Part shown: positions 20,225-29,645 of the stretch, piece by piece
How positions within the stretch are numbered: position 1 is the stretch's first letter
How the letters are laid out: the number at the start of each line of letters is the position of its first letter
Translations under genes and position numbers: made by a program
The notes under the pieces: model-generated
Databases searched by the model: none
Told to the model about the DNA's origin: nothing
The model's input: the letters and a program-made list of their open reading frames with translations, nothing else
From: an uncultured delta proteobacterium
GTDB taxonomy: Bacteria > Myxococcota_A > Polyangia > Polyangiales > JAFGIB01
Direction: 5' to 3'
Assembly (NCBI GenBank): GCA_963778655.1
Contig: CAVZVA010000002.1
Coordinates: 352,001-416,000, forward strand
DNA: 64,000 nt

Positions 20225-21379
20225 TCAGCGCGCCTGGTGCAGGGCGATGGCTTCGTCGTAGAGGGCTTCGAGGGCCTCGACTCGGGTGGCGTTGTCGTAC
20301 TCGCGTTCCATCTTGTGGCGGGCGGCGCTGGCCAGTTGCTCGCGTAGGGCGGGGTTCGCGAGCAGTGAGGCCAGCCGCTCGCCCATGGCCTGGGCATCGC
20401 GTTCGGGCACCAGGAAACCAGTCTGTCCGTCGTCGATGATCTCGGGAATACCGCCGTGGCGGGTGCCGATCGGCACCACGCCGCAAGCGCTCGCCTCCTT
20501 GACCACGATCAGCCCGGACTCGCGGTTGCCGCCGCGCCCGACCACGCTGGGCGCGAGCAGCACGTGCGCGCGGCCCAGGCGCTCGGCGACCTGCTGCGGG
20601 CGCAGCACACCGGCGAGCTCGACCTGCGCGCTCAGCCCCAGTCGCTGCACCTCGGCGCGCAGCAGGCGCTCGCGCTCACCGCTTCCGACCAGCGTCAGCC
20701 TGACCGGTACGGGCGCGCGCGCGGCCGCGTGCGCGAACGCGCGAATGCCATACTCGAAGCCCTTCTTCTCCACGAAGCGGCCGATCATCATCACGTGCAA
20801 CGGTGCGGCCGGCTTGGGCGCGGGCGCGAACAGCTTCAAGTCCACGCCCAACCGGTGCAACCTCAGCTTGGCCGCCGGCACGCCCAGCGCGCGCAGCATC
20901 TGCTGCAGCTCGCTCGAGGCGCACAGGCCGAGCGTCATGCGCGCCAGCATGCTCGGGGCACGCAGCGCATAGGGCCAGTTTACCGGCAGCAAGCGCCGCG
21001 CGCTGCGCAGCAGCGGTACGTCGTAGCCGTGAAAGCTCACCACCAGCGGCAGGTCGAAGCGCTCGGCGTACGGCTGCGCGTAGGTCGCCCCGGGCCCAAA
21101 GTGCGCGTGCACCAGATCGAAGGGCGCCTCGCGAAAGCGGCGCACGAAGGCGGCCGAGCGCCGCGTGACGATGTACGCGGGCGGGGCCAGGTGCACGGGC
21201 TCGAACGGAAACCGATCGGCGAAGTGGCGCTGCCAGGCGAACACCTCGGCCCGGTAGCGGCGCAGTCCGCGCAGCTCCTCGTACACGAACGACTGCGAGT
21301 AGCGCAGGAAGTGCGTGCTGAACAAGGCTAGCGCACGCGCCCTGCCCGCCCCGCCGGCCGTGCTCGGCTCCGTGCTCAT
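20225..21379 (-). CDS. Glycosyltransferase family 4 (WcaL-like)
   Basis: VHAHFG, SFHGYD, GRFVEKKG, ESGLIVVKEA, HGGIPE; ATGA overlap with the upstream gene. Confidence 0.93.
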   Translation of the reverse strand: MSTEPSTAGGAGRARALALFSTHFLRYSQSFVYEELRGLRRYRAEVFAWQRHFADRFPFEPVHLAPPAYIVTRRSAAFVRRFREAPFDLVHAHFGPGATYAQPYAERFDLPLVVSFHGYDVPLLRSARRLLPVNWPYALRAPSMLARMTLGLCASSELQQMLRALGVPAAKLRLHRLGVDLKLFAPAPKPAAPLHVMMIGRFVEKKGFEYGIRAFAHAAARAPVPVRLTLVGSGERERLLRAEVQRLGLSAQVELAGVLRPQQVAERLGRAHVLLAPSVVGRGGNRESGLIVVKEASACGVVPIGTRHGGIPEIIDDGQTGFLVPERDAQAMGERLASLLANPALREQLASAARHKMEREYDNATRVEALEALYDEAIALHQAR

Positions 21380-22539
21380 GGCGAGCGAGCCTCCCGCAGC
21401 CGGTGCTCGAGAAAGCGCTCGATCTTCTCTGCGCGCGCGTCCCAGGTCAGATCGCGTGCGCTGGCCTGCGCCTGCTCCGCCAGCCGCGCCGCCAGCGCCG
21501 GCTCGCCCAGCAGTCGATCGATCGCGCCGGCGGTGCCCGCGGCATCGCCTGGCCGCACCAGCAGGGCGTTGTGCTCGTGCTGCAGCAGCTCGCGCACGTC
21601 GGGCGTGTCGGGCGCCACGATCGGGCGGCCCGCGGCCAGGTACAGAAACAGCTTCATCGGGAGCACGGTGTTGCCGATCACGCGCAGCGGCACGCCGCTC
21701 GGTGGCTGTAGCAGCACGTCGGAGGCGAGCAGGTAGCGCACGGTGCGGTCGAACGGCTGCCAGGGCACCAGCGTCACGTTGGGATGGTGACGCGCGAGAC
21801 GCTCCACCAGCCCCCGGCCGCGCGAGCCCACCAGCAGGAAGCGCACCTGCGGCAAGCGGCGCGCGGCGCGCAGCACCACGTCGAGCCCCTTGGTGGCGTT
21901 GACGTGCCCGGCGTAGGTCGCGATCGGGGCGCCGGCCGGCAGCGAGAGCTCGGCGCGCAGCGTAGCCTTGTCCGGCGCGCCGGCGAAGCGGCTCGGGTCG
22001 TAGCCGTTGTGCACCACCGCCAGGCGCGCGGCCTCGACGCCGAGCCGCGCAAAGCGCGCCCGCGCGTACTCGGAGTGGAGCACCGCGCCCAGGCAGCGCG
22101 GGTCGGCCAGCGCGCGACGGAACCACGGCCGCAGCGGCGGGTATTGCACGAACCAGGGGCGATACGTCTCGTAGGCAAAGGGCAGCTCGGCGCGCGCGGC
22201 CAGCGCGAGCGCGGGGAAGTTGCGGGTGTAGATCAGCTCGGGGCGCAGCGCGCGCACCCGCTGCAGCGCGCGCTCTGCGTGTAGCCACTTGCGCCCCGTG
22301 GACCAGCGCGACAGCGGATTGGGCAGGCACAGCAGCTCGATCTCGCCCCGCACCTGATAGTAGTCCAAGACCGCTCGCGGATCGCAGCCGTTGCCAGCGT
22401 GTTTGCCGTCCGTGCCACCAGGTACGACCAGCAGCATGCGGTGGCCGCGCCGCGACAGCGCGCAGATCGTCTGCAACGCCTGCTCGGAGTCGGTCTCGTC
22501 GGCGGGCAGCGGCCGGTCGAACAGGTAGGCGATGCGCAC
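21376..22539 (-). CDS. Glycosyltransferase family 4
   Basis: VVHNGYD, YAGHVNATKG, PMKLFLYLAAGRPIVA, TWDARA. Confidence 0.92.
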   Translation of the reverse strand: MRIAYLFDRPLPADETDSEQALQTICALSRRGHRMLLVVPGGTDGKHAGNGCDPRAVLDYYQVRGEIELLCLPNPLSRWSTGRKWLHAERALQRVRALRPELIYTRNFPALALAARAELPFAYETYRPWFVQYPPLRPWFRRALADPRCLGAVLHSEYARARFARLGVEAARLAVVHNGYDPSRFAGAPDKATLRAELSLPAGAPIATYAGHVNATKGLDVVLRAARRLPQVRFLLVGSRGRGLVERLARHHPNVTLVPWQPFDRTVRYLLASDVLLQPPSGVPLRVIGNTVLPMKLFLYLAAGRPIVAPDTPDVRELLQHEHNALLVRPGDAAGTAGAIDRLLGEPALAARLAEQAQASARDLTWDARAEKIERFLEHRLREARSP

Positions 22540-22702
22540 GGCGCCCGAGCCATATCACGGCCGGCGCGCGCGCACGAGGCGGCGAGATCGCGGCGAAAAC
22601 GGCCACGGTCAAGCCACCGCGCAGGCAAACCGCGGCGGGCCCAGCGGGCAGGGCGACTGTCGTGCGCGCACGCGTCCGCGACGCAGGACGCGATGGTTAC
22701 GT

Positions 22703-22732
22703 GCGACGTTTGGTCGCGCGGCAATAGGTCGC
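22703..22732. promoter_or_regulatory. Two tandem RegA/RegR-type boxes upstream of mbnP
   Basis: GCGAC-GTTTG-GTCGC (22703-22717) and GCGGC-AATAG-GTCGC (22718-22732). Confidence 0.7.
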
Positions 22733-22808
22733 ACCCAATCGCGGCGCTCGATGGGTATGGTTGCAACACGCAAGGCGTGGTGGCCTTGCCCAATCGGAGG
22801 TTTGATCC

Positions 22809-23831
22809 ATGCCCGGAACCCGCCGCCGCTGCACGCTTGCAGCCCTGGCGCTCGCGCTATCCGCGCCAGCGTGCAAGGGCAGCTCATCGACCACGAACGA
22901 GTCCGGTGGCGGAGGTAGCGGAGGCGGCAACGCCGGCGGCGCCACCACCGGAGGCGGCAGCGGCGGCAGCGGCGGCAGCGCGGATAGCAGCAGCGCAAGC
23001 GGCGGCGGCGGCTCGCAGATGCAGGTCGACGCCTCCACGGCCAAGGACGTCTCCACGGCCAAGGACGCGGGCACGCCGGGGCTGATGGAGATCAAGTTCG
23101 CGACGCTCGCCGGAAGCACCCCCGTCGACTGCAAGAGCGACTTTGCCGACATCGGCAACCCGGCCGCGTCGCTGGGCGTGGGCGACATGCGCTTCTTCGT
23201 CTACGACGTGCGCCTGATCGACGACAGCGGCAACGAGAAGCCGCTCGCGCTCACGCCGGACGGCAAGTACCAGACCGATAGCGTGGCGCTGCTCGACTTC
23301 GAGGACGGCACCGGCAACTGCAGCATGGACGGCACCAAGGAGACCAACGAGCGGGTGCGCGGCCAGATCGACCCCGGCACGTACAAGGGCATCGCCTTCT
23401 CCGTAGGCCTGCCGGACGCGATGAACCACGCCGATCCGACCATGGCCAAGGCCCCGCTCGACACCATGGCGATGCACTGGAGCTGGGCCGACGGCTACCG
23501 CTTCCTGCGCCTGGACGAAATCGTCAACGGCGCCGGTTTCGACGTCCACCTGGGCTCGGCCGAGTGCAACATGCCGGCCAACGGCGATGTGACCTGCAAA
23601 CGCCCCAACCGGCCCGCGGTCAAGCTGATGCCCTTCGACCCCGACAAGGACCAGGTTGTGCTCGACCTGGCCACCTTGCTCGCCGACTCGGACCTCACCG
23701 ACGAGCCTGGCTGCATCGCGGGCGGCACCGACGACACGTGCGCGCCAATCTACAAGCACCTGGGTCTGGACGCGACCACAGGCGAGGCCGACGCGAGCAT
23801 GCAGGACGCGTTCAAGGCGATGCCGCGCTGA
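22809..23831 (+). CDS. mbnP: MbnP family copper-binding lipoprotein (MXAN_0976-type)
   Basis: DMRFFVYDVRL, ALLDFEDGTGNC, MHWSWADGYRF (WxW), HLGSAEC, CKRPNRP; lipoprotein signal; adjacent to a di-heme enzyme. Confidence 0.9.
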   Translation: MPGTRRRCTLAALALALSAPACKGSSSTTNESGGGGSGGGNAGGATTGGGSGGSGGSADSSSASGGGGSQMQVDASTAKDVSTAKDAGTPGLMEIKFATLAGSTPVDCKSDFADIGNPAASLGVGDMRFFVYDVRLIDDSGNEKPLALTPDGKYQTDSVALLDFEDGTGNCSMDGTKETNERVRGQIDPGTYKGIAFSVGLPDAMNHADPTMAKAPLDTMAMHWSWADGYRFLRLDEIVNGAGFDVHLGSAECNMPANGDVTCKRPNRPAVKLMPFDPDKDQVVLDLATLLADSDLTDEPGCIAGGTDDTCAPIYKHLGLDATTGEADASMQDAFKAMPR

Positions 23832-23835
23832 GAAC

Positions 23836-25008
23836 ATGGCGCGCCGCGGTGGAGCGATGCTGCTGTGCGCGTGGCTGTGCGCGTGCACGCAGCGCGCGCC
23901 GGCTCCGGCGGCCGCACAGGCCCAGGCGCCGCTCGTCGAGCTGCCCGCCCATTTCCCGCCGCTGCCCGAGGACGCCTACGACGGCCCGCTGACGGCCGCC
24001 AAGGCCGAGCTCGGACGCCATCTGTTCTACGACAAGCGCCTGTCGGAGAACGCCTCGCAGTCCTGCGCCAGCTGCCATCAGCAGCGGCTCGCATTCACCG
24101 ACGGGCTGCCCCACCCGCGCGGCTCCACCGGCCAGGCCGGCCAGCGCAGCACGCCGGGCCTCGCGAACGTCGCCTACCTTCACCCGCTGACCTGGGCCAA
24201 CCCGCTGCAGCAACATCTCGCGCAACAAGCGCTTGTGCCCATGTTCGGGGACCGGCCGGTCGAGCTCGGCGTGCGCCACAACGCCGCGCGTCTGCTGTCG
24301 GCGCTGCGCGGCAGCGCCACCTACAGAGCGCTGTTCGCGCGCGCCTACCCGGCCGATGCCGACCCGTTCAAGCTCGGCCACGTCACCCGCGCGCTGGCCG
24401 CGTTCGAGCGCACCCTGATCTCTGCCCATAGCCCGTACGACCGCTACCTCGCGGGCCGCAAGGACGCGCTCGATGCCGCCCAGCTGCGCGGCATGAAGCT
24501 GTTCTTCTCGCAGCGCCTCGGCTGCGGCGGCTGTCACTCCGGATTCGCGCTGAGCGATGCGGCTGGGCCCCCGGGCTATCAACCCAACAAGCCCGACGGC
24601 GCGCCCTTCCACAACACCGGCCTGTACAACCTCGGCGGCAACGGCCGCTATCCCGAGAGCAACACCGGCTTGGTCGCGTTCAGCGGCCGGCCCGGCGACA
24701 TGGGCCGCTTCCGCACGCCCAGCCTGCGCAATGTGGCGATCACGGCGCCGTACATGCACGACGGCAGCATTCCCACATTGGACGCGGTGATCGATCACTA
24801 CGCCGCCGGCGGCCGCACCATTGCAGGCGGTGCGCACGCCGGGGTGGGCAGCGCGAACCCGTACAAGAGCCCTCGCGTGCACGGCTTCTCGATCAGCGCA
24901 GCCGAGCGCGCCGACCTGCTGGCCTTTCTCGGCGCGCTCACCGATCGCGCGCTTCTCACCGACCCCCGCTTTTCCGATCCGTGGCCGGCCGAGCGCGCCG
25001 GCCGCTGA
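23836..25008 (+). CDS. mbnH: MbnH family di-heme enzyme (MauG/cytochrome c peroxidase superfamily)
   Basis: LGRHLFYDKRLS, CASCH, CGGCH, FHNTGLYN, FRTPSLRNVAITAPYMHDGS. Confidence 0.92.
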   Translation: MARRGGAMLLCAWLCACTQRAPAPAAAQAQAPLVELPAHFPPLPEDAYDGPLTAAKAELGRHLFYDKRLSENASQSCASCHQQRLAFTDGLPHPRGSTGQAGQRSTPGLANVAYLHPLTWANPLQQHLAQQALVPMFGDRPVELGVRHNAARLLSALRGSATYRALFARAYPADADPFKLGHVTRALAAFERTLISAHSPYDRYLAGRKDALDAAQLRGMKLFFSQRLGCGGCHSGFALSDAAGPPGYQPNKPDGAPFHNTGLYNLGGNGRYPESNTGLVAFSGRPGDMGRFRTPSLRNVAITAPYMHDGSIPTLDAVIDHYAAGGRTIAGGAHAGVGSANPYKSPRVHGFSISAAERADLLAFLGALTDRALLTDPRFSDPWPAERAGR

Positions 25009-25177
25009 GCCTGCGATCCGATCGAGTCAGAGGCGTCGGCGCCGAGAGCGCAACATCTCCGTCAGCATTCAATCCACACAGTGGGCTGACAACATATTCG
25101 CCCGCATGTGCTCCCATAATGCGGCTGACAACGTTTCCACCTTGCGATGACCGTATAACCTTCATGGCAACGTCCGT

Positions 25178-25240
25178 GCGGCAAGATGTCGCAGGGTGCG
25201 TCTCGACCACGCGTTTCCACGCAGTGCGACCATATGCCGC
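25178..25240. promoter_or_regulatory. Two RegA/RegR-type boxes upstream of the beta-propeller gene
   Basis: GCGGC-AAGAT-GTCGC (25178-25192) and GCGAC-CATAT-GCCGC (25226-25240). Confidence 0.7.
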
Positions 25241-25343
25241 AGCGCTGCGCGGGAATGGACGTTGTATGAAGGGCGCTCACGCGAAACGATATGGCTCGCA
25301 GCCTACGCGTTGCAGCGGTGGTGGCGAGCCTGGTGGAGGAGCG

Positions 25344-26720
25344 ATGCGATCGATCAGGACTGTGAATTGGCTTCTGGCAGTGGGGTTGGTGGTCGGAGGC
25401 GCGGGCTGTAGCAAGTCCAGCAATGGCGGCGCCGGCGACGGGGGGCCCGATGGAGGCACCGCGGGTACGGGCAGCGGCGGCAGCGGCGGCAGCGGCGGCA
25501 GCGGCGGCACCGGCGGTAGCGGTGGCACCGGCGGCAGCGGCATGATGGATGGCGGCACCGACTCCGGGATGGACGCCGGCCCGGCCCAGACACAATACGT
25601 GTTCATCAGCGCCAGCACGGACAACACCGTGCGCGTCTACACGCTGAACACCTCGTTGCCGTTCGTGAAGAAGATCGACGTCTGCAACAGCCCGGCCGAG
25701 CTGCGGGCGAGCAAGGATGGGATGTATGTCTCGGTGGTGTGTCGCGCTCCGTCCGACGCCGACAACAGCTCGGTCTGGTGGATCGACACCTCCACGCTGA
25801 CGATCGCGCACAAGTCGACGATCGGCATGCGGGTCACCCACTCGTACGTGGGCCCGGACGGTAAGACCTTCTTCTTCGGCAACGATGGCAGCGCGAACAT
25901 CTCGGTGATCGAAGCGGGCACCTGGGACCAGCACGATGTCGACACCGGAATGGGTCACCACAAGATCGCGTTTGCCACCGATGCCACCGACGATACAGGC
26001 GGCAAGCTGCGCCTCGTCTATGTCAGCAACATCACCGACTCGAGCATCTCCGTGCTCGATCCCAGCGATTGGAGCAAGGTGAGGGACATTCCGGTCGGTC
26101 CCAGCCCGCACGGCATGGACTACTCGTTCGTGTCGAAGAAGATCTACAACTGCTCCAACGATGCGAATCACGACATCGAAGTGATCAGCACCGACACCTC
26201 CGTCCTCTCCGATACGAGCATGGACCCGATCGTCGACCGAATCCCACTCGACACCGCGCGCTGCGCCCACCTCGAGGTGAGCCCGGACGGCAAGCACGTG
26301 TGGGCCTCGCAAAACGGCGCCAACAAGATCGCGCGCGTCGACGTCTCCGACAACTCGGTGACCTACTACGATGCGGGCATGGGTCCAGACTGGTTCGCGT
26401 TCTCCAACGGCAAGGTCTGGATCGCCGACATCGAGGAGTGGGCTGTGACCGCGGTCAACATGACCACGGGCGACGCCGAGCGCTTCGACACCTCGGTCGG
26501 TGCCGACACAGGCGACGACGGCGGCGTGGTCGGCCCCAACGGTGGTCATCGCGGCGTGGCTTTTGCGGGCCCGTGGGTCTTCTACTCGAACACGCAGCTC
26601 GACAACTGCAATGTGGTCAATGCCGAGCACGGGCACGTGCACATGACGCTGACCGACATTCCTGGGGCGAGCAACGCCGCCGTGGCCGGCAGCGCCGGTG
26701 GCTTTCCCTACCCGAGGTGA
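25344..26720 (+). CDS. YncE/YVTN-like beta-propeller lipoprotein, His-rich
   Basis: GGAGG RBS, lipobox GAGC, Gly/Ser linker, blades such as LVYVSNITDSSISVLD...IPVGPSPHGM. Confidence 0.88.
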   Translation: MRSIRTVNWLLAVGLVVGGAGCSKSSNGGAGDGGPDGGTAGTGSGGSGGSGGSGGTGGSGGTGGSGMMDGGTDSGMDAGPAQTQYVFISASTDNTVRVYTLNTSLPFVKKIDVCNSPAELRASKDGMYVSVVCRAPSDADNSSVWWIDTSTLTIAHKSTIGMRVTHSYVGPDGKTFFFGNDGSANISVIEAGTWDQHDVDTGMGHHKIAFATDATDDTGGKLRLVYVSNITDSSISVLDPSDWSKVRDIPVGPSPHGMDYSFVSKKIYNCSNDANHDIEVISTDTSVLSDTSMDPIVDRIPLDTARCAHLEVSPDGKHVWASQNGANKIARVDVSDNSVTYYDAGMGPDWFAFSNGKVWIADIEEWAVTAVNMTTGDAERFDTSVGADTGDDGGVVGPNGGHRGVAFAGPWVFYSNTQLDNCNVVNAEHGHVHMTLTDIPGASNAAVAGSAGGFPYPR

Positions 26721-26723
26721 CCT

Positions 26724-27383
26724 CTGAAGTCTGCATCCACGAGGCACGAGCGGCGGCGCTTCCTGCAGCTCGTGCTGGGCTCCTGCGCGGGCTGCGCCCT
26801 GGGCTGCGCGCGCCGAGATTCTCCACACACCAAACCGACACCGACAGAAAAGGGCGCCGCCGATGCGGGCTTCGATGCCGCATCGGCGGCGCCCCCTCCT
26901 AGCGAGGATGCGGCGATGGCCTCGATGGACGCGGAGTCGGCGCCGGGACCCGACGCTGCGCCGCCGGACGCCGGGTCACAGCGGCAGCCGCAGCCGCAGG
27001 ACGGCGACGACGCCGGCATGCCACAGCCGGCGCCGGACCAGTCGGTGCGCGTGCCGCTCGCGCAGCTCGGCGTGGGCAGCGTGGTGCGCGTGCGCGACGT
27101 GCTGGTGGGTCAGGACGAGCTCGGCCTGTACGCGCTGAGCGCGGTGTGCCCGCACGAGGGCTGTCTGGTCGAGCCGCCCGGTGCCAGCGGCAGCCAGTGC
27201 GCCGGGGCCAAGCCCGACTGGCTGGTGTGCCCGTGCCACTGCTCGCTGTTCGACGCGGCGGGGCATTATCAGAAGGGCCCGGCGACCGCCGACCTCCCTC
27301 ACCTGCAGCTCAGCGTCGAAGGCGACGAGGTCGTGGTCGACCGCACCGCGCAGGTGCCCACCGACACGCGCACGCAGCCGTGA
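26724..27383 (+). CDS. Tat-exported Rieske 2Fe-2S protein
   Basis: CPHEGC and CPCHCSLFD boxes; ERRRFLQL Tat motif lies upstream of the listed ORF start, so the start is probably CTG at 26724. Confidence 0.88.
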   Translation: MKSASTRHERRRFLQLVLGSCAGCALGCARRDSPHTKPTPTEKGAADAGFDAASAAPPPSEDAAMASMDAESAPGPDAAPPDAGSQRQPQPQDGDDAGMPQPAPDQSVRVPLAQLGVGSVVRVRDVLVGQDELGLYALSAVCPHEGCLVEPPGASGSQCAGAKPDWLVCPCHCSLFDAAGHYQKGPATADLPHLQLSVEGDEVVVDRTAQVPTDTRTQP

Positions 27384-27401
27384 GCGGCGGGCCCAGCCGC
27401 A

Positions 27402-28703
27402 TCACTCGCCGGCGAACTCGAGCAGCTTGAGCTTGCTGTCCGGGTTGCCGAACAGATCGGTGTTGGCCTTGCGCGTGGTGCAGTACAGCGCGAGGCCCCC
27501 ATCCGGGGTCACGTAGGCGCTGGCCGCGGCGCGGAAGGTACAGAAGCCATGCCCGTCGGGCCGCCAGCCCGCCTCGTATACACGCTTCATGGCGATGTGG
27601 CCGCCGCGCTCGCCGAGCTCGAACAAGTGCAGCAGCTCGACGCCCCGCTGCACGCCGCCGCGCACGAACATCGAAAGCAGCTCGCCGACCAGAGCCGGGG
27701 TGAGGCGAGGCTTGACCGTCGGGCCGTAGCTCGGATTTCCGGTGCCCAGCAGGTACAGCTTGCCCGAGTCGCAGTCGGTCAGCAGCGAGGTCGACTGGTA
27801 CCGGCCGTCCCAGCTCGGCCCGCCGCGGAAGTAGTCGATGAACTGCCACTGGGTATCCGGGCCGATCTGGTCGCGGTCGCTGCGGTAGAACCAACCTTCG
27901 TTCTTGTTGTCCTTGCCCTGCACGAACATCAAGTAGCTGCCGTCGCGCAGCTTGGCGACGGCCACCGAGGTGGCGTGGCGCGCCCGATGAGGCTCGCCTT
28001 GCAGGAATAGCGGCACGCGCTGCAGCAGGGTTTCGCTGGCGGCCGGATGGCTCAGATCGTCGAACTGTACGAACGCCCGACCGCGGCAGCCCTTGGCCTT
28101 GGCGCAGCTCACCGCCAGCGCGAGGGTCTGGCCGATCATCTGCAGCCCGCCCGGGTGATCGCTGCGATTGACCGGGTGGTAGTAGCTGGTGCGGCGGTGG
28201 TCGGGATTGGGCCGGATGTAGCGCGCACGACGGCGCGCGCTGCCGAAGGGCGCGCCGTGGTGGTCCGGCACGTCGCCCAAGTGTACCAGAAAGAAGCCGC
28301 CACCGCCGAGCATGCCGGGCCGAGCGCGGCTCAGCACCACCCAGCTCGAATCGCGCAGCAGCGGCAAGCGAGCGATGCCCTCGAGGTGGCTGTCATTGGC
28401 GGCAAACGGCGCCAGCCGCGCGCCGTAGGGAGGCAGCCGGCGCGCCGCCATCGAGCTGTAGCGCACCTCGGCGGTCGGATCCGGACGCAGCGCCGCGACC
28501 GCCTCGAGCACACCGCGCACGCAGCGGTTGCAGTCGCGCGCGCCGAACGCGCAGCTGGTGTCGCCGGCCAGCTGCGCGGCCGCGGGCGGCCCGAGCCGCG
28601 CAGCGTGCGCCGGATGCAGGCCCAGGCTCAGGGCGAGCAGCAGCGCTGCCAGCCACGCGTAACGCACGCGCTTAGGGCGCGAAAATCGAGACCGCGACAC
28701 CAA
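27402..28703 (-). CDS. Secreted hypothetical protein
   Basis: Signal peptide ending AHA; Cys cluster CAFGARDCNRC; HLEGIARL and DHPGGLQ; high GC3. Confidence 0.75.
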   Translation of the reverse strand: MVSRSRFSRPKRVRYAWLAALLLALSLGLHPAHAARLGPPAAAQLAGDTSCAFGARDCNRCVRGVLEAVAALRPDPTAEVRYSSMAARRLPPYGARLAPFAANDSHLEGIARLPLLRDSSWVVLSRARPGMLGGGGFFLVHLGDVPDHHGAPFGSARRRARYIRPNPDHRRTSYYHPVNRSDHPGGLQMIGQTLALAVSCAKAKGCRGRAFVQFDDLSHPAASETLLQRVPLFLQGEPHRARHATSVAVAKLRDGSYLMFVQGKDNKNEGWFYRSDRDQIGPDTQWQFIDYFRGGPSWDGRYQSTSLLTDCDSGKLYLLGTGNPSYGPTVKPRLTPALVGELLSMFVRGGVQRGVELLHLFELGERGGHIAMKRVYEAGWRPDGHGFCTFRAAASAYVTPDGGLALYCTTRKANTDLFGNPDSKLKLLEFAGE

Positions 28704-28942
28704 TTAAGACTGTGGCTCGAAGCGCGCTACGGTGCACGCCGGCACTGCCCGAGCCAGCTCGACGTGCGGTGAGCCCCGCTCCGGGCCGCGACCGCCGCAG
28801 GCCGACTTTCGCGCCCGCAGGCGGCCGCAAGCTTGCGGCCGGTCGCGGCCGTGGCTACACCTATCCTACATCTGAGCTAGGCGAGGCTCTGGCCCCGAGC
28901 AGGCACCACGCGCGATCGACCCGACGAGGGGTCTACAGATCC

Positions 28943-29587
28943 ATGACAGGTTGGTTGGAAAGGTCGGGCGTCGCAGCGTTGCTGGTCGCAGCGTGCGGCG
29001 GCGTGTTCATGTACGTCGACCACCTCAACGCGCAGCTGGTCGCCAAGGGCGCGCACTTCACTGATATCGAGCTTCGGCTCGACGCGCACATTCCGCTGGT
29101 GCCGGCGTTCGTGTTTGCCTACCTGCTCTACTATGTGTGGATCCTGCTGCCGGTGGTGGCGCTGCGCGAGCGAGAGCACTTCTACCACGCGGTCGCCGCG
29201 TTCACGGTGTTGCAGCTGGCGGCCGTCGTGACCTTCCTGGTCTTCCCGACTTACATGACGCGCCCGGTCGTGGCCGGCACGGGGCTCGCCCGCGACCTGG
29301 TGCGCTGGCTGTACAGCGCCGACCAGGGCTGCAACCTGATCCCCAGCCTGCACGTGGGCCACACCGTGCTGGTGGCGATGTTCTTCCGCGCGCAGCGCTC
29401 GCGCTGGTTCCCGCTGGTCGCGCTGGGCACGGCGCTGATCAGCGCGTCCACCGTGCTGATCAAGCAGCACTACCTGGTCGACGTGCCGGCCGGCTTCGCG
29501 TTCGCCGTGGCCGCGTACTACGTGACCGTGCCGATCTCGCACCGTATGCGCGGGCCGGCGGTGGATCGTTACTCGGCAGCAGCTTGA
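28943..29587 (+). CDS. PAP2 superfamily membrane protein (PAP2_3/AUR1-like)
   Basis: CNLIPSLHVG and STVLIKQHYLVD motifs. Confidence 0.88.
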   Translation: MTGWLERSGVAALLVAACGGVFMYVDHLNAQLVAKGAHFTDIELRLDAHIPLVPAFVFAYLLYYVWILLPVVALREREHFYHAVAAFTVLQLAAVVTFLVFPTYMTRPVVAGTGLARDLVRWLYSADQGCNLIPSLHVGHTVLVAMFFRAQRSRWFPLVALGTALISASTVLIKQHYLVDVPAGFAFAVAAYYVTVPISHRMRGPAVDRYSAAA

Positions 29588-29645
29588 AGGCGCGGGGCTC
29601 GACCACGACAACGACGGGGTGGAGCGGGTGGCGTCGGGCTTCGGG

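Noticed and set aside
22809..25008. Methanobactin biosynthetic cluster
   Set aside because: Only mbnP and mbnH are present; no precursor peptide, mbnB or mbnC.
25165..25179. Sigma-54 promoter TGGCAA-N5-GTGC before the propeller gene
   Set aside because: Weak match that overlaps a better-supported RegA-type box.
25470..25545. GGCGGCAGC tandem repeats (also near 22910 and 41090)
   Set aside because: They encode Gly/Ser linkers of lipoproteins and are not independent DNA elements.
26718..26720. Selenocysteine readthrough fusing the propeller and Rieske genes
   Set aside because: The Rieske part has its own RBS and Tat signal, and no SECIS-like element was recognised.
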